From NCBI RefSeq assembly GCF_963921235.1, contig NC_086108.1, forward strand, positions 26,350,001 to 26,414,000: a DNA stretch of 64,000 nt, given 5' to 3'. Below the pieces are notes generated by a model that was given only the letters and a program-made list of their open reading frames with translations, had not been told where the DNA came from and searched no databases. Shown here one piece after another: positions 25,395-37,009 of the stretch (the first letter of the stretch is position 1; each line of letters begins with the position of its first letter). The stretch comes from Mobula hypostoma. Its lineage: Eukaryota. A program made the translations under genes and the position numbers.

Positions 25395-25962
25395 CAGTAT
25401 TGTGCAAAATTCTTAAGACACACATATAGCTAAGGTAGCTCAAACTTTTGCACAGTACTGTATTTGTCAATGCGGAGCAGAGAGCAAATTTGTAAATCTG
25501 GTGGGAGCAAATGGATGTTGGGAATGGTGAGGGTGGAACACTGTGTGTGGGAGTGTAGTACAGCTGGCAGAGCTAATAATGCAAGGGGTGGTTTGTGGCA
25601 TGGGTGCAAAGACACCCAGCGCTGAGACGCCAGACAAGACCATTTTATTCAAAACAATTAGTTTATTGATCATTACAGCATGTCTCTTTAGTGACCCCTC
25701 CCCTCTCCCCTCCCCTTTCCTCTCCTCCCCTCTCCTTTCCCCTTTTGTCAACCATGATCTCCCCTTTCCCCAACCCCTTCCCACTCTCAGTCCACAATAG
25801 AGACCCATATCAGAATCAGGTTTGTCATCACTCACATAGGTCACAAAATGTTCTTTTTTATGTGCCAGCAGTACAGTGCAAAACCTAAAATTGCTACAGT
25901 AGTTGCAAAAGTCTTAGGCACCCTAGCTGTATATATGTGCCAAAGATTTTTGCACAGTACTG
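25395..25962 (-). mobile_element. Tc1-like MITE with hairpin ends (best-preserved copy)
   Basis: Terminal units 25395-25460 and 25897-25962 are each palindromic and inverted relative to each other; TA follows the right end. Confidence 0.8.
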
Positions 25963-28960
25963 TACCTGCATGAAATCATTTCAATGAAAATCAGATTTTG
26001 TTCTGAAAATAATACTTCAGAATGGATAGTTTGAGAAATCATGCGGCAATTGCAGTCCATAGAGGAGAAACCTATCGTTTTATTTATACACCAAATTAGC
26101 TTTCATATTCACTGTAAGCTAATTGCTGGAGATTGATTTCAAAGTTGGTTCATTATTGTTGTATAGTTCTGCTGAAGGGTCATTGCCCTGTTGCACGATT
26201 ATTTATACGGATCGGAGAAGGTAAGCAAATTGAACCTTCCTATTTTTGCATCAGTCATTTTCTTCATTCAACAGCTCAATTGTCTCTGCTGGGAGGGGCA
26301 GCAGTCAGTTGGACTCTTCCCAGCAGGCCTGCCTTTACTGCTAAACGGGCATTTAAAAATCAAGTTCTCTCATCCTGTTGCTAACACTGTAATCAATCCA
26401 CCCCAAACCTGAGCTGCTTGGTTTCAGATGATGTGCTGTGCTTTATGGTATGTGTGAATGAAGTGAAGAATGGGTGTTTGATGTGAGGTGTTACTCTGTG
26501 TGAATCATGTCACACAGTAGTTATTTTGCTATGCTTTCATACTTTGGACTACAAGTAGGACTCAAAGCAAATATTTCCCAGTTGCCCGTGACTTTTGCTG
26601 TAAGTCATACCCAGATACTGCAAAGTTCCAGCACAGAGCACTGGCCTGCTTTGTGTGAATTACTGGTGTCTGTCTCTGAGAATGCAGATCCCTGATGCAG
26701 AGACACTGAGCAGTTCCGCAGCTGTGCCTGTTACCTATATCAAAACAAAATGCAAAAAAAGCTGCCCCAAAACAGCTGGAAAACCAAAATAAACACACCC
26801 AAAGCTTGACCAAAGAGGGCCGTGAGAGCATGGAACAAGCTGCCAGCACAAGTGGTACATGCAAACTTGATTTTAACGTCTGAGAGAAATTTGGTTAGGT
26901 ACATGGTGGTAGGGGTGTGAAGGACTATGGTCCTAGTGCAGGTCGCTGGGAGTAGGCAGTTTAAATGGTTTAGCACAGATTTAGATGGGCCAAAGGGCCT
27001 GTTTCTAAGCTGTACATTTCTATGATTCTGACACATTACACAGGTCAATGAAAAGAAAAACAGTTCAATGTTAATAGTTTCAAGTTGATGACTTGAATGA
27101 AACGTTGGAACGAAAGGTCATCAGCATGCAAAATTTTTTTTGGTTCTCTTTCCACAGTCGTTGCTTAACCTTCTGTGTACCGGTCAGCGCTAATCTGCGT
27201 ACACAAACAAATGGTGAGTGAATCCAGATTGCCATTCTAATTTGCAAAAATTTATTGTCTACCACAGAATCAAGACAACAGAATCTCAAAGCAATCCAAC
27301 AGGTATAGATCACCCCTTCAGCGGCTATCTGCTTTTCCTTTCAAAATCATTCCCTTCTGAATTACTGAAACTCTTTACATCTGGGGAGCTTCTCAGCTGA
27401 CATGAGCTTCATGTGGAGTGAGTTGAAAAGGCTTTATTATCAAGACAGTTACATTTGGTAGTCTTTTCTGAAAAGGAAAATATGATCATGGTACATTGTA
27501 GAATTATGTGGGAAGAATGAGTCAGTAGGCAAATGGGAGCTTGATGCAGGATTGATGGGCTGAAAGGCCTATTCTCAAGCTGTAACGAGCTTGAGAATAA
27601 CCACATTTTATTGTCTTCCTCAATCCTATAAACCCCATAGTTTGTGTAGTAGGGGCTTTTTATAGTGGACAATTAATCTATTATCTTGCACCTCTTTGCG
27701 ATGTGGAAGGAAATATCTTTAGCACCATAGCTAGTTCCTCAGTTTGAAGGTCAGCAGTGTGTATCTACAAGTGAACCTCCCTAAAACCCATTCCTACCGC
27801 ACATAGAGAGTGCTGGAGGTCAGGTTAAAACCAAAGTCACTGGAGCTGTGCAGCAGCAAGTCTTCCAAGGTGCACTGCTGTGCTGCTTTCAGTGCAGGAC
27901 AATGCAATTCACAACAAAATGCATCAACGGTTACCTAAATGGAATAGATGCAGTACATCACATGGTAGTGCTGGGCTTCCCCCGAGGTGGGGGGAAATGG
28001 GGAATAGTCCTTGTCCATTTTAATAGTGCTTTTAGCCTCTGAGTAGACATGCGTGCTGGAGGAAAGGGATAAACTCCTAGTTCCTGGTTTGTACACTGAT
28101 TGTCGTAAGCCTTGTGGCCTCTGCCTTGCCGTAGATTGTTGATCTAGATTTCTTGAGCACCTGTCTTTACTAACTGCTGTCTTAACTAAAGCAGTCAAGC
28201 CCTTGTGTTTTCAGTTTAATCTTGTCAAGTTAATTGTGATTGGCATGTGTTTCCTGTATTCTATGAGGAGGACTCTCATTTAGTGCCTGAGCGGAATCAT
28301 TGCGTGAGAATGATATGTCTCTCAGTTGTCCCTTCAAGGATCTGTTGGTATTCCCATGTCCAACCTCTTGCTTCCATCTCTTCACAGGGAATTTGCCACC
28401 CTCCGCTCCAGGGGTCGAGTGATTATCAGCACTTCCCGTGACTGTGGCTGCCTTCCACCGCTCCTGGGTTGAGTCAGTGCCAGCAACTGCTATGACAGAG
28501 CGAGGCTACTGTTCCTGCGCACGTGGGCCCAGTCCAGTGAGCGCACACTCTTACACTGATAACTACATTGTGCAAGTGCATTGGGTAAATATAAAGACCA
28601 GAATGCTGCCCCTCAAACGATGTGCAATGATAGGGCCAGCACAACAGCAACAGGTAATGGGTCTACTTTCTCACACCTCAAGAGATCCAGGTTTGATTCT
28701 GATCTGTGGATTAGTAAGTTAAAAAGCCATTGTAAACTAGTCCTAGTGTGCATATGGTAGAACCTCAGGAGAGCTGAAGAGATTGTGGTGAGAATTAAAA
28801 ATGGGATTCGTGTAATATGAGTGTAAATGGATGATTGATTTTATATGTGGCCAACCTGCCCAACAGGTCGGCTTCTATGTTCTGTCCCTCTGTGACTCGA
28901 TGATTACTTTCCCATTACTCAATGCCTCTCAATTCCTCACAATTCAATATCTGTCAATGT

Positions 28961-29519
28961 CATTAGCCATTTTATTAAGTACACCTGCTTGTTAATGCAA
29001 ATATCTAATTACCCAATCATGTGCCAGTGCTCAATACGTAAAGGCAAGCAGACATGGTCAAGCGTTTCCTTTGTTGTTCAGACTAAACATTGGAACGGGG
29101 AACAACTATGATCTAATGTGATCCAAGTGACTTTGACCGTGGAATGTTTGTTGGTGCCAGACGGGATGGTTTGAGTATTAAGAACCGGCTGATCTTCTGG
29201 GATTTTCATGCACAACAGTCTCTAGAGTTTACAGGGAATGATGCGACAAACAAACACATCCAGTGAGAGGGAGTGCGGTGGGTGAAAAGGCCTTGTTAAT
29301 GTGAGTGATCAGAGGAGAAAGGCCAGACTGGTTCATGCTGACAGGAAGGCAACAGTAACTCAAGTAAACACGCGTTACAACAGTGATGTACAGAAGAACA
29401 TCTCTTAACGCATAGCACATCAAATCTCGAAGTGAACGGGCTATAGCAACAAGATCACAAGCATAAACTTGGTGAACACTTTATTAGATACAGGAGATAC
29501 CGAATAAAGTGGCCACTGA
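28961..29519 (+). mobile_element. Tc1/mariner deletion derivative
   Basis: Degenerate transposase N-terminus (SDFDRGMFVGARR, LLGFSCTTVSRVYREW, RLVHADRKATVTQ); right end AATAAAGTGGCCACTGA with a decayed inverted copy at the left end. Confidence 0.75.
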
Positions 29520-30536
29520 CCTGCACCTCCACGGGACTCTGAGATCAAGATTTTCAAAAATTCACAATGCCATAAGAGAAGAAGCTCCCCCTTATCTTCA
29601 TCTTAAATGAGTAACTACTTTTTGAAACCGGTGCCTAATTCCAGCTACTGACACTGGGGGAAACACACTTAGCAATACTACTTGGAATTGTAAATTTTAA
29701 TTAAAACACCTCATTCTTCTATCTCCAACATATGGGCCTAACCTGTTCAATCCATCTTTATGCATCTCAGGGATCAACCTACTGAAATTCCTCTGTACTG
29801 GCTACAATGCATATGCATCCTAACTTAAATATAGAGACCAAAACTTAGTATCTGGAGCATTGCATGTCTCCTGTAATGTTGCACCCACCATCCCTGCTCT
29901 ATTCCTTTTACAATCGAGGCCAACATTCTGCGAGCTTTCTTATTACTTGCTGTGACAGCATCCTGACTTTTTGTGTTTCAAGTACTCTGGCCTCACTTTG
30001 TATAGCTGTAATGTAAAGAGTTAGTTTCCTTGCTGGTCGAAAGTCACTTCCACTGTGCCTGTCATTGATTGGCCCGTTCAAAGGATGTAGCAGCTCTTTC
30101 CCATCAGTTGCCTTGTGTGCCACGGCACCAGTGTCCTTTTCCGGGCACCTCAGGGGTATAAGGTTAGAAAGTACAAGACACTCACTGACTTTTCCTTTAC
30201 TCTAGGGGCTCAACTTTACACTGAAGTCACGACCAGTGCTGAAGTACCATTGGGAAAATGTGCTGCAAGTATAGGAGAGCACACATGCACACTTAGCTGA
30301 GCATCTGTTGAATGTTTAGTTTTATAATTCTGTAACTCGGAAAAACTTAACAAAGTACCTGTTGAGTTTGAATGTTCAGTGTCATAGTTTCTGTAACTTA
30401 GTACTTGTTTGACATGGATATCTGGTCAGATGTTTTACTGTTTGTAAATAAATGATTGATGTGATTATTCGTAATCAGTGTCTTCTGTTTCACCAAACCT
30501 GTGAACCCGCTTCCTCAAAATGATAGTCTCTTGTTT

Positions 30537-33500
30537 AAACCATAAGACATAGGGGCAGAATTAGGCCATCTGGCCCATCAAGTCTGCTCCACCACTCAAT
30601 CATGGCTGATCCTTTCTTTCTATCTCCTCCTCAACCCCAGTTCCTGGCCTTCTCCCCGTAAACTTTGATGTCATGTTCAATCAAGGACCTATCAATCTCT
30701 GCCTTAAATACACCCGACGACCTGGCCTGTGGTAACAAATTCCACAAATTCACCACCCTTTGGCTAAAGAAATTTCTTTAGCTGCCTGTGGTAACAAATT
30801 CCACAAATTCACCACCCTTTGGCTAAAGAAATTTCTCAGCATCTCTGTCTTGAAAGGGCGCCCCTCTATCCTGAAGCTGTGCCCTCTTGTCCTAGACTCT
30901 CCCACCATGGGAAGCATCCTTTTCACATCTACTCTGTCTAGGCCTTTCAACATTCAAAAGGTATCAATGACATCACCTCTCATTCTTCTGAATTGCAGTG
31001 AGTACAGACCCAGAGCTATCAAACGTTCCTCAGATGATAACCCTTTCATTCCTGGAATCATCTTTGTGAACCTCCTCTGGATCCTCTCCAATGCCAGCAC
31101 ATCTTTTCTAAGGTGAGGGGCCCAAGACTGTTCACAATACCCAAGGTGAGTCCCCACCAGTGCCTTATAAAGACTCAGCACCATATCCTTGCTCTTGTAT
31201 TCTAGACCTCTTGAAATGAATGCTAACATGGCATTTGCCTTCCTCACCACCAACTCAATCTGCAAGTTATCCTTCAGGGTGTTCTGCACAAGGAGTCCCA
31301 AGTCCCTCTGCATCTCAGATTCCTGGATTTTCTCTCTGTTTAGAAAATAATCTGTACATTTATTTCTACTACCAAAGTTCATGACCGTGCATTTTCCAAC
31401 ATTGTATTTCATTTGCCACTTTCTTGCCCATTCTCCTAATCTGTCTAAGTCTTTCTGCATCTTACTTGGTTCCTCAACACTACTTACCACTCCACCAATC
31501 TTTATTTCATCTGCAAAATTGGCAACAAAACCATCTACTCCACCATCTAAATCATTTATATACTGTATAAAAAGAAGTGGTCCCAACACCGACCCCTGTG
31601 GACACCACTAGTTACTGGCAGCCAACTAGAGAAGGATCCTTTTATTCCCACTTGCTGCCTCCTACCAATCAGCCAATGCTTTCACCATGTTAGTAACCTT
31701 CTTGTAATTTCATGGGCTTTTAACTTGGTAAGCAGCCTCATGTGTGGCACCTTGTCAGAGGCCTTCTGAAAGTCCAAATATACAACATCCACGGCATCCT
31801 CTTTATCTATCCTACTTGTAATCTCCTCAAAGAATTCCAACAGGTTCGTCAGGTGGGATTTTCCCTGAAGGAAACCATGCCGATTTTGTCCTATCTTGCC
31901 CTGTGTCACCAAGTACTCCATCACCTCATCCTTAACAATTGACTCTAACATCTTCGAAATCACTGAGGTCAGGCTAGCTGGTCTATAATTTCCTTTCTGC
32001 TGCCTTCCTCCTTTCTTAAAGAGTAGCATAACATTTGCAATTTTCCAGTCCTCTGACACTATGCCAGAGTCCAATGATTTTTGAAAGATAATTTCTAATG
32101 CCACCACAATTTCTAACACTGCCTCTTTCAGAACCCTAGGATGCAGTTCATCCGGTCCAGGTGACTTATGTACATTTAGACCTCTGAGCTTTTTCAGCAC
32201 CTTCTCTCTTGTAACAGTAACTGCACCCACTTCTCTTCCTTCACACACTACAACATCAGGCATACTGCTAGTGTCTTCCACAGTGAACACTGATGCAAAA
32301 TACTCATTTAGTTCATCTGCCATCTCCTTGTCCCTCGTTATTATCTCTCCTGCCTCATTTTCTAGTGGTCCTATGTCCACTCTCATTTCTCTTGAAAAAA
32401 CTTTTACTATCCACTTTGATGTTATTTGCTAGCTTGCTTTCATATTTCATCTTTTCCCATCTCATGATTTTTTAGTTGCTCTCTGTAGGTTTTTTAAAAC
32501 TTCCCAAACCTCTATCTTCCCATTAATTGTTGCTTTGTTGTATGCCTTTTCTTTTGCTTTACAATAGCTTTGACTTCCCTCATCAGCCACGGTTGTACTA
32601 TTTTACCATTTGAGTATTTCTTCATTTTTGGAATACGCATATCCTATACCTTACTCATTTTTCACAGAAGTACACGCCATTGCTACTCTGCTAACATCCT
32701 TGCCGGCAGCTCCTTCCAATTTACTTTGGCGAACCCCTCTTTCATACCACTGTAACTTCCCTTACTCCACTGAAATACTACTACATCAGACTTCACTTTC
32801 TCCCTATCAAATTTCAAGTTGAACACTATCATATTGTGATCACTGGTTCCGAGGTATTCTTTTACCTTAAGTCCTCTATTCGTCTCTGGTTCTTTACATA
32901 GCACCCGCTCCAGTATTGCTGATCCCCCTAGTAGGCTCAACGACATAGTGCTCTAAAAAGCTATCTCTTAGGCATTCAACAAACTCACTCACTTGAGATC
33001 CATTACCAACCTGATTTTCCCAATTGACCTGCATGTTAATATCTCCCATGACTACCATAACATTTCCCTTTTGACTCGCCTTTTCTATTTCCTGCTACAA
33101 TCTGTGGTCCACCTCCCAGCCACTGTCAGGAGTCCTGTAAATAACTGCCATCAATGTCCTTTTATCCTTGCAGTTTCTTAACTCAACCCACAAGGATTCA
33201 ACATCTTCCGATCCTCTGTCACATCTTTCTGCTGATTTGATGCCATTCTTTACCAGCAGAGCCACACCACCTATCCCTACCTGCCTACTTTCCTATCCTT
33301 CCAATATAATGTGTAACCTTGGACATTCAGTTCCCAACTATAACCATCGCTTAGCCACGATTCAGTGATGACCTCAACTTCAGACCTGTAATATTGCAAC
33401 AAGATCATCCACCTTATTTCTTATACTACACGCATTTAGATACAACACCTTGAGTACCGTATTTGTTGTCCTTTCTGACTCTGCATCCCTAATGATTTGA

Positions 33501-33630
33501 TACTCAGCTTGTTGGCTAAAACTAAGTCCCATCACCTGCCTGCTCTTCCTGACAATCTGACTGCACGCTTTTTTTATGTTTTTACCATCCGTCCTTTCCT
33601 GATTCCCTTCACTCTGGTTCCCACTCCAGT
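30537..33630 (-). mobile_element. CR1 LINE, ~3.1 kb (APE plus RT, degenerate)
   Basis: LGTSDHNMI, KSPGPDELHPRVLKE, VYLDFQKASDKVPH, FADEIKIGG, FFSQRVVNLWN; CATAAGACATA tail. Confidence 0.93.
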
Positions 33631-35289
33631 TTAAGTGGCAATCTTTGTTTTATCCTTTCCAATAGCCCCTTATTTATTATTATTGGAATTTTTCAGGGTC
33701 AGAAGATAGATTCAAGATACTTACTTGTGCTTCTCATTGATTTTTCTCAATTCCTGTATTAATTCCCAATTCTCATTCTCCATGAGATCAATATTTCCCT
33801 TCCATGATCTCTTCCTTCCTATAGAAGCTCTAATTATCTACCTTTATCTGTTTTTACAGAAAGTGAACACTCTACAGAGCCACTTCATGACATCATTAGA
33901 ACGTAGAACACAAAGTTAGGATATTGAACATAAAAACTGGGCTGCAGTCGCCTCAGTGCAAAAGTCACCTACACTACAGAGAACATAAGGTTTGTGCACT
34001 CAGTATGGAATAGAAAAGCAGCAGATAAACCATGATCTCTGCCTCCATTTTTGGGGACAATCCAATTACTCCTCAATTTGTTTCCACGCAGAGCAAAATG
34101 GTTTGCTGATCCCATGCAAGACTTATCAGAATGCCAAGTGCCTACAGGAAATGTGCTGAAAGGTTAGTGCAATGCTACAAGCAGCTGCCAGAGTGAATAA
34201 TTATAGTCAGCTTGCTGTCCTGACTGTTTGATTTTTCTGCAGTGTTTCCCCATAATTATGATTACTTCTCTTTATGTTGCAGTTCAAGGAGCTTGTGGGA
34301 TCAGTCTGGGTGACAGGCATCAAGATATTGAACTGATGTCCGCAAATCACTTTGATTGTCATTAGTTGCTTTATGTATTATATAGTGACCATTTATTTAT
34401 CAGTGCCTTACTTAATTTCTGATACCATTCAATAACCCTGTTACCTGACCTGACTTTAAACCCCCTGCATATTGGATTCACATGACTCATTTCAGTCTTT
34501 TACATATTGGTGGTTTATTGCTCCAGGCTGACAGAAAATCCTTTGCCATATCCCCACACTAATCTGATCTGCTAAATTCAGTCCACTAGTTTTTGGCTCA
34601 TGGCATTTACCACCTAAGAGACAAGGACAGGTGGTGGAGGTAACATTCATATCATGCTACTGCAAGCTCTGCACCGACAGAGTGTAGTTACTTCCACTTG
34701 GCACAATAATATTGCCAGCACCAAATCCTCCACCAGCGACACCTTGTTGATACTGTTGACCAGAAATTCAACTGGACTGGCTACATACTGTAGTTACAAG
34801 AGCAGGCAAGTGGCAACCAGTGTTAGGCAATAAATCTTGGTCTTGTCGATGACACCCGTATCCTGTTCAATGACTAAGCCATCACGGACACTGCCACCTA
34901 GTGTCTCAGTCCAAAATTTCACACCATCTTGATTTTGAAATTCATCACTGCTGCTTTCTTGTCTTGTATGCCAATCCAGGTACTCTCTCTGAGACTCTGA
35001 AAGTCTTGAGTGTGATGGTATGCTTTGCACTTGCCTGGCTGAGTGCAGTCCCAACAGCATTCAAGAATCTCAACCTGATCCAGGCCAAAGCACTTTGTGG
35101 CATCCAGCCACCACCCTAAGTACTCAATTCCCTACACCACCACCAAGTCCCACTACTGAAAAACAAGATAACCTGCCTTAAGGCTACTATCCATGGCTCT
35201 GACATCTACTGTCATGAAGTGTTTCGGGGAGCTGGTGAAGACACGTTAACTCCAGGCTTCCAGATCACCTCAACACACTGCAAATCACC

Positions 35290-36187
35290 TACTCTCATAA
35301 CAAGTCTGTACCGAATGTACCGAAAGCCTTACACTTATCTCTGGAGCATCTGGACAGTAAAGGCACAGGTCAGACTGTTCATTGACAATAACACCACGTT
35401 CAATACTTCAATTCCAAGCAAATTCATCACCAACGTTCTGACACTGGGAGTCAACACCTCACTGTGCAACTGAATCTTCGACTTCCTGCAATCAGTAATG
35501 ATGTGCAGCAACACCCCTGCCGTGAATATTTATAGTGCTCCTCAGGGTTGCATCCTCAGACCCCTACTCCATGTACATTCATGACTGTGTGACCATATTC
35601 TGCTTGAACTCCATTCACAAGTTCACAGTAAACACGATGGTGGGCCGTATCTCAAACAGCGATAACTTTAAGTACCTGAAGGAGATAGAGAGCTTAGTAA
35701 TATGGTTCAAAGTCAAAGTAAATTTATTACCAAAGTGTGTTTCTATCATGACAACAACCTTTCCCGCAATGTCAGCAAAAGAGATGGTCTTTGACTTCAG
35801 GAAGAAGTGCCATCTACAAGCTCTTGTCTATGTCAACAGTATTGAGGTTGAAAGGGTTAAATGCTTCAAGATCCTAGGAGTGAACAACTGGACAGTACCG
35901 ATAGCCTGTCCTGGTTCAACCAAGAAAACTCATCAATGCCTCTACTTCTTCACGAGGTTAAAGAAATACGGATGTCTGCATCGACCCACTAGAGAACGCA
36001 GCCTATTGGGATGTTTAACAGCTTGGTATCATAACTGCTCTGCATGTGACTGTGAGAAACCAAAGAGTTGTTGACACAGATCAACACATCATGGAAGCCA
36101 TGGACAATCTATAATTCTACAGCCTCAGTAAAGCAACCAGTATAATCAAAGACCCAACCCTTCTCTCCTTCTCCTTCCAATCTGGTA
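35290..36187 (+). mobile_element. Old Rex1/Babar LINE; 3' part continues at ~39992-40235
   Basis: VRLFIDNNTTFNTSIPSKFIT..LGVNTSLCN, KEMVFDFRK, LTAWYHNC; resumes as GRRYQSLKA after two insertions. Confidence 0.7.
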
Positions 36188-37004
36188 AAGGTTCAAAAGT
36201 TCATTTGTTATCAAAGTATGTATCCAGATACTACTAATATTCTTCTCCAGATAGTCGCAAAATAAAGAAGAACAACATGAAAGTCATTCGGAGTGAAACG
36301 TCAACCCCACTGCACAGAATGGAACAACAACTCCTAAACCCCCTGTCAACCTGCACAAAAAAACAAACAGAATGCAGTAAGCACATGAACCCCCAAACCC
36401 TTCCCCTCACACAACAAAACAGAAAGGAACTGACAAGAGAACACAGAAAATAAGAAGTCTCAGAAAGTCCACAGTCCATAAACTCAATAGTCCAATCCAT
36501 AATGCAGAACCACAGAAACATCCATCCTCATCATCAGAAGAGAGGGACACCACACGGCAGGCTTACCCACCTGCCACAGCGGACCACAGAGTGATGGGCT
36601 GTTCACACATTCCTCTCTGGCAGCAATCAAAAGGATGACAGTCGGCGCTGAGCTCTTGCTGGCCCTTGCCTTCTGCATTCATCTCAATGGCCCAATCGTC
36701 TCAATGCAATGATTATTGGATGCTTTAATTAGTGAAATGGAGTCGAACACTGGCTCACGCCCTGTCTCAAAGTTTCTTCGCCTCAAGGCCATCCAAGTAT
36801 GCGTGCACTTCCCGCAACCTTCTCGGAGGCAATGAAGCACAGAATCATTCAATCAATCTCTAAACCGAATATCACAGGCTCTAACAGTTCCAGAAACATA
36901 TTTAAGATGAAAAACAGACGTAAAAGTAGTGAAATCGACACTTTTCGTTGGCTATCTGGAAGATGTCAACTGAGGAAGTCTTATACACTGACACCATTTT
37001 GACC
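36188..37004 (-). mobile_element. Non-autonomous retroelement (SINE-like) with TTTGAAC-type tail
   Basis: Minus-strand tail CTTTGATAACAAATGAACTTTTGAACC resembles tails at ~18270-18300 and ~41338-41365; interrupts a Rex1 copy. Confidence 0.5.
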
Positions 37005-37009
37005 AGGAG

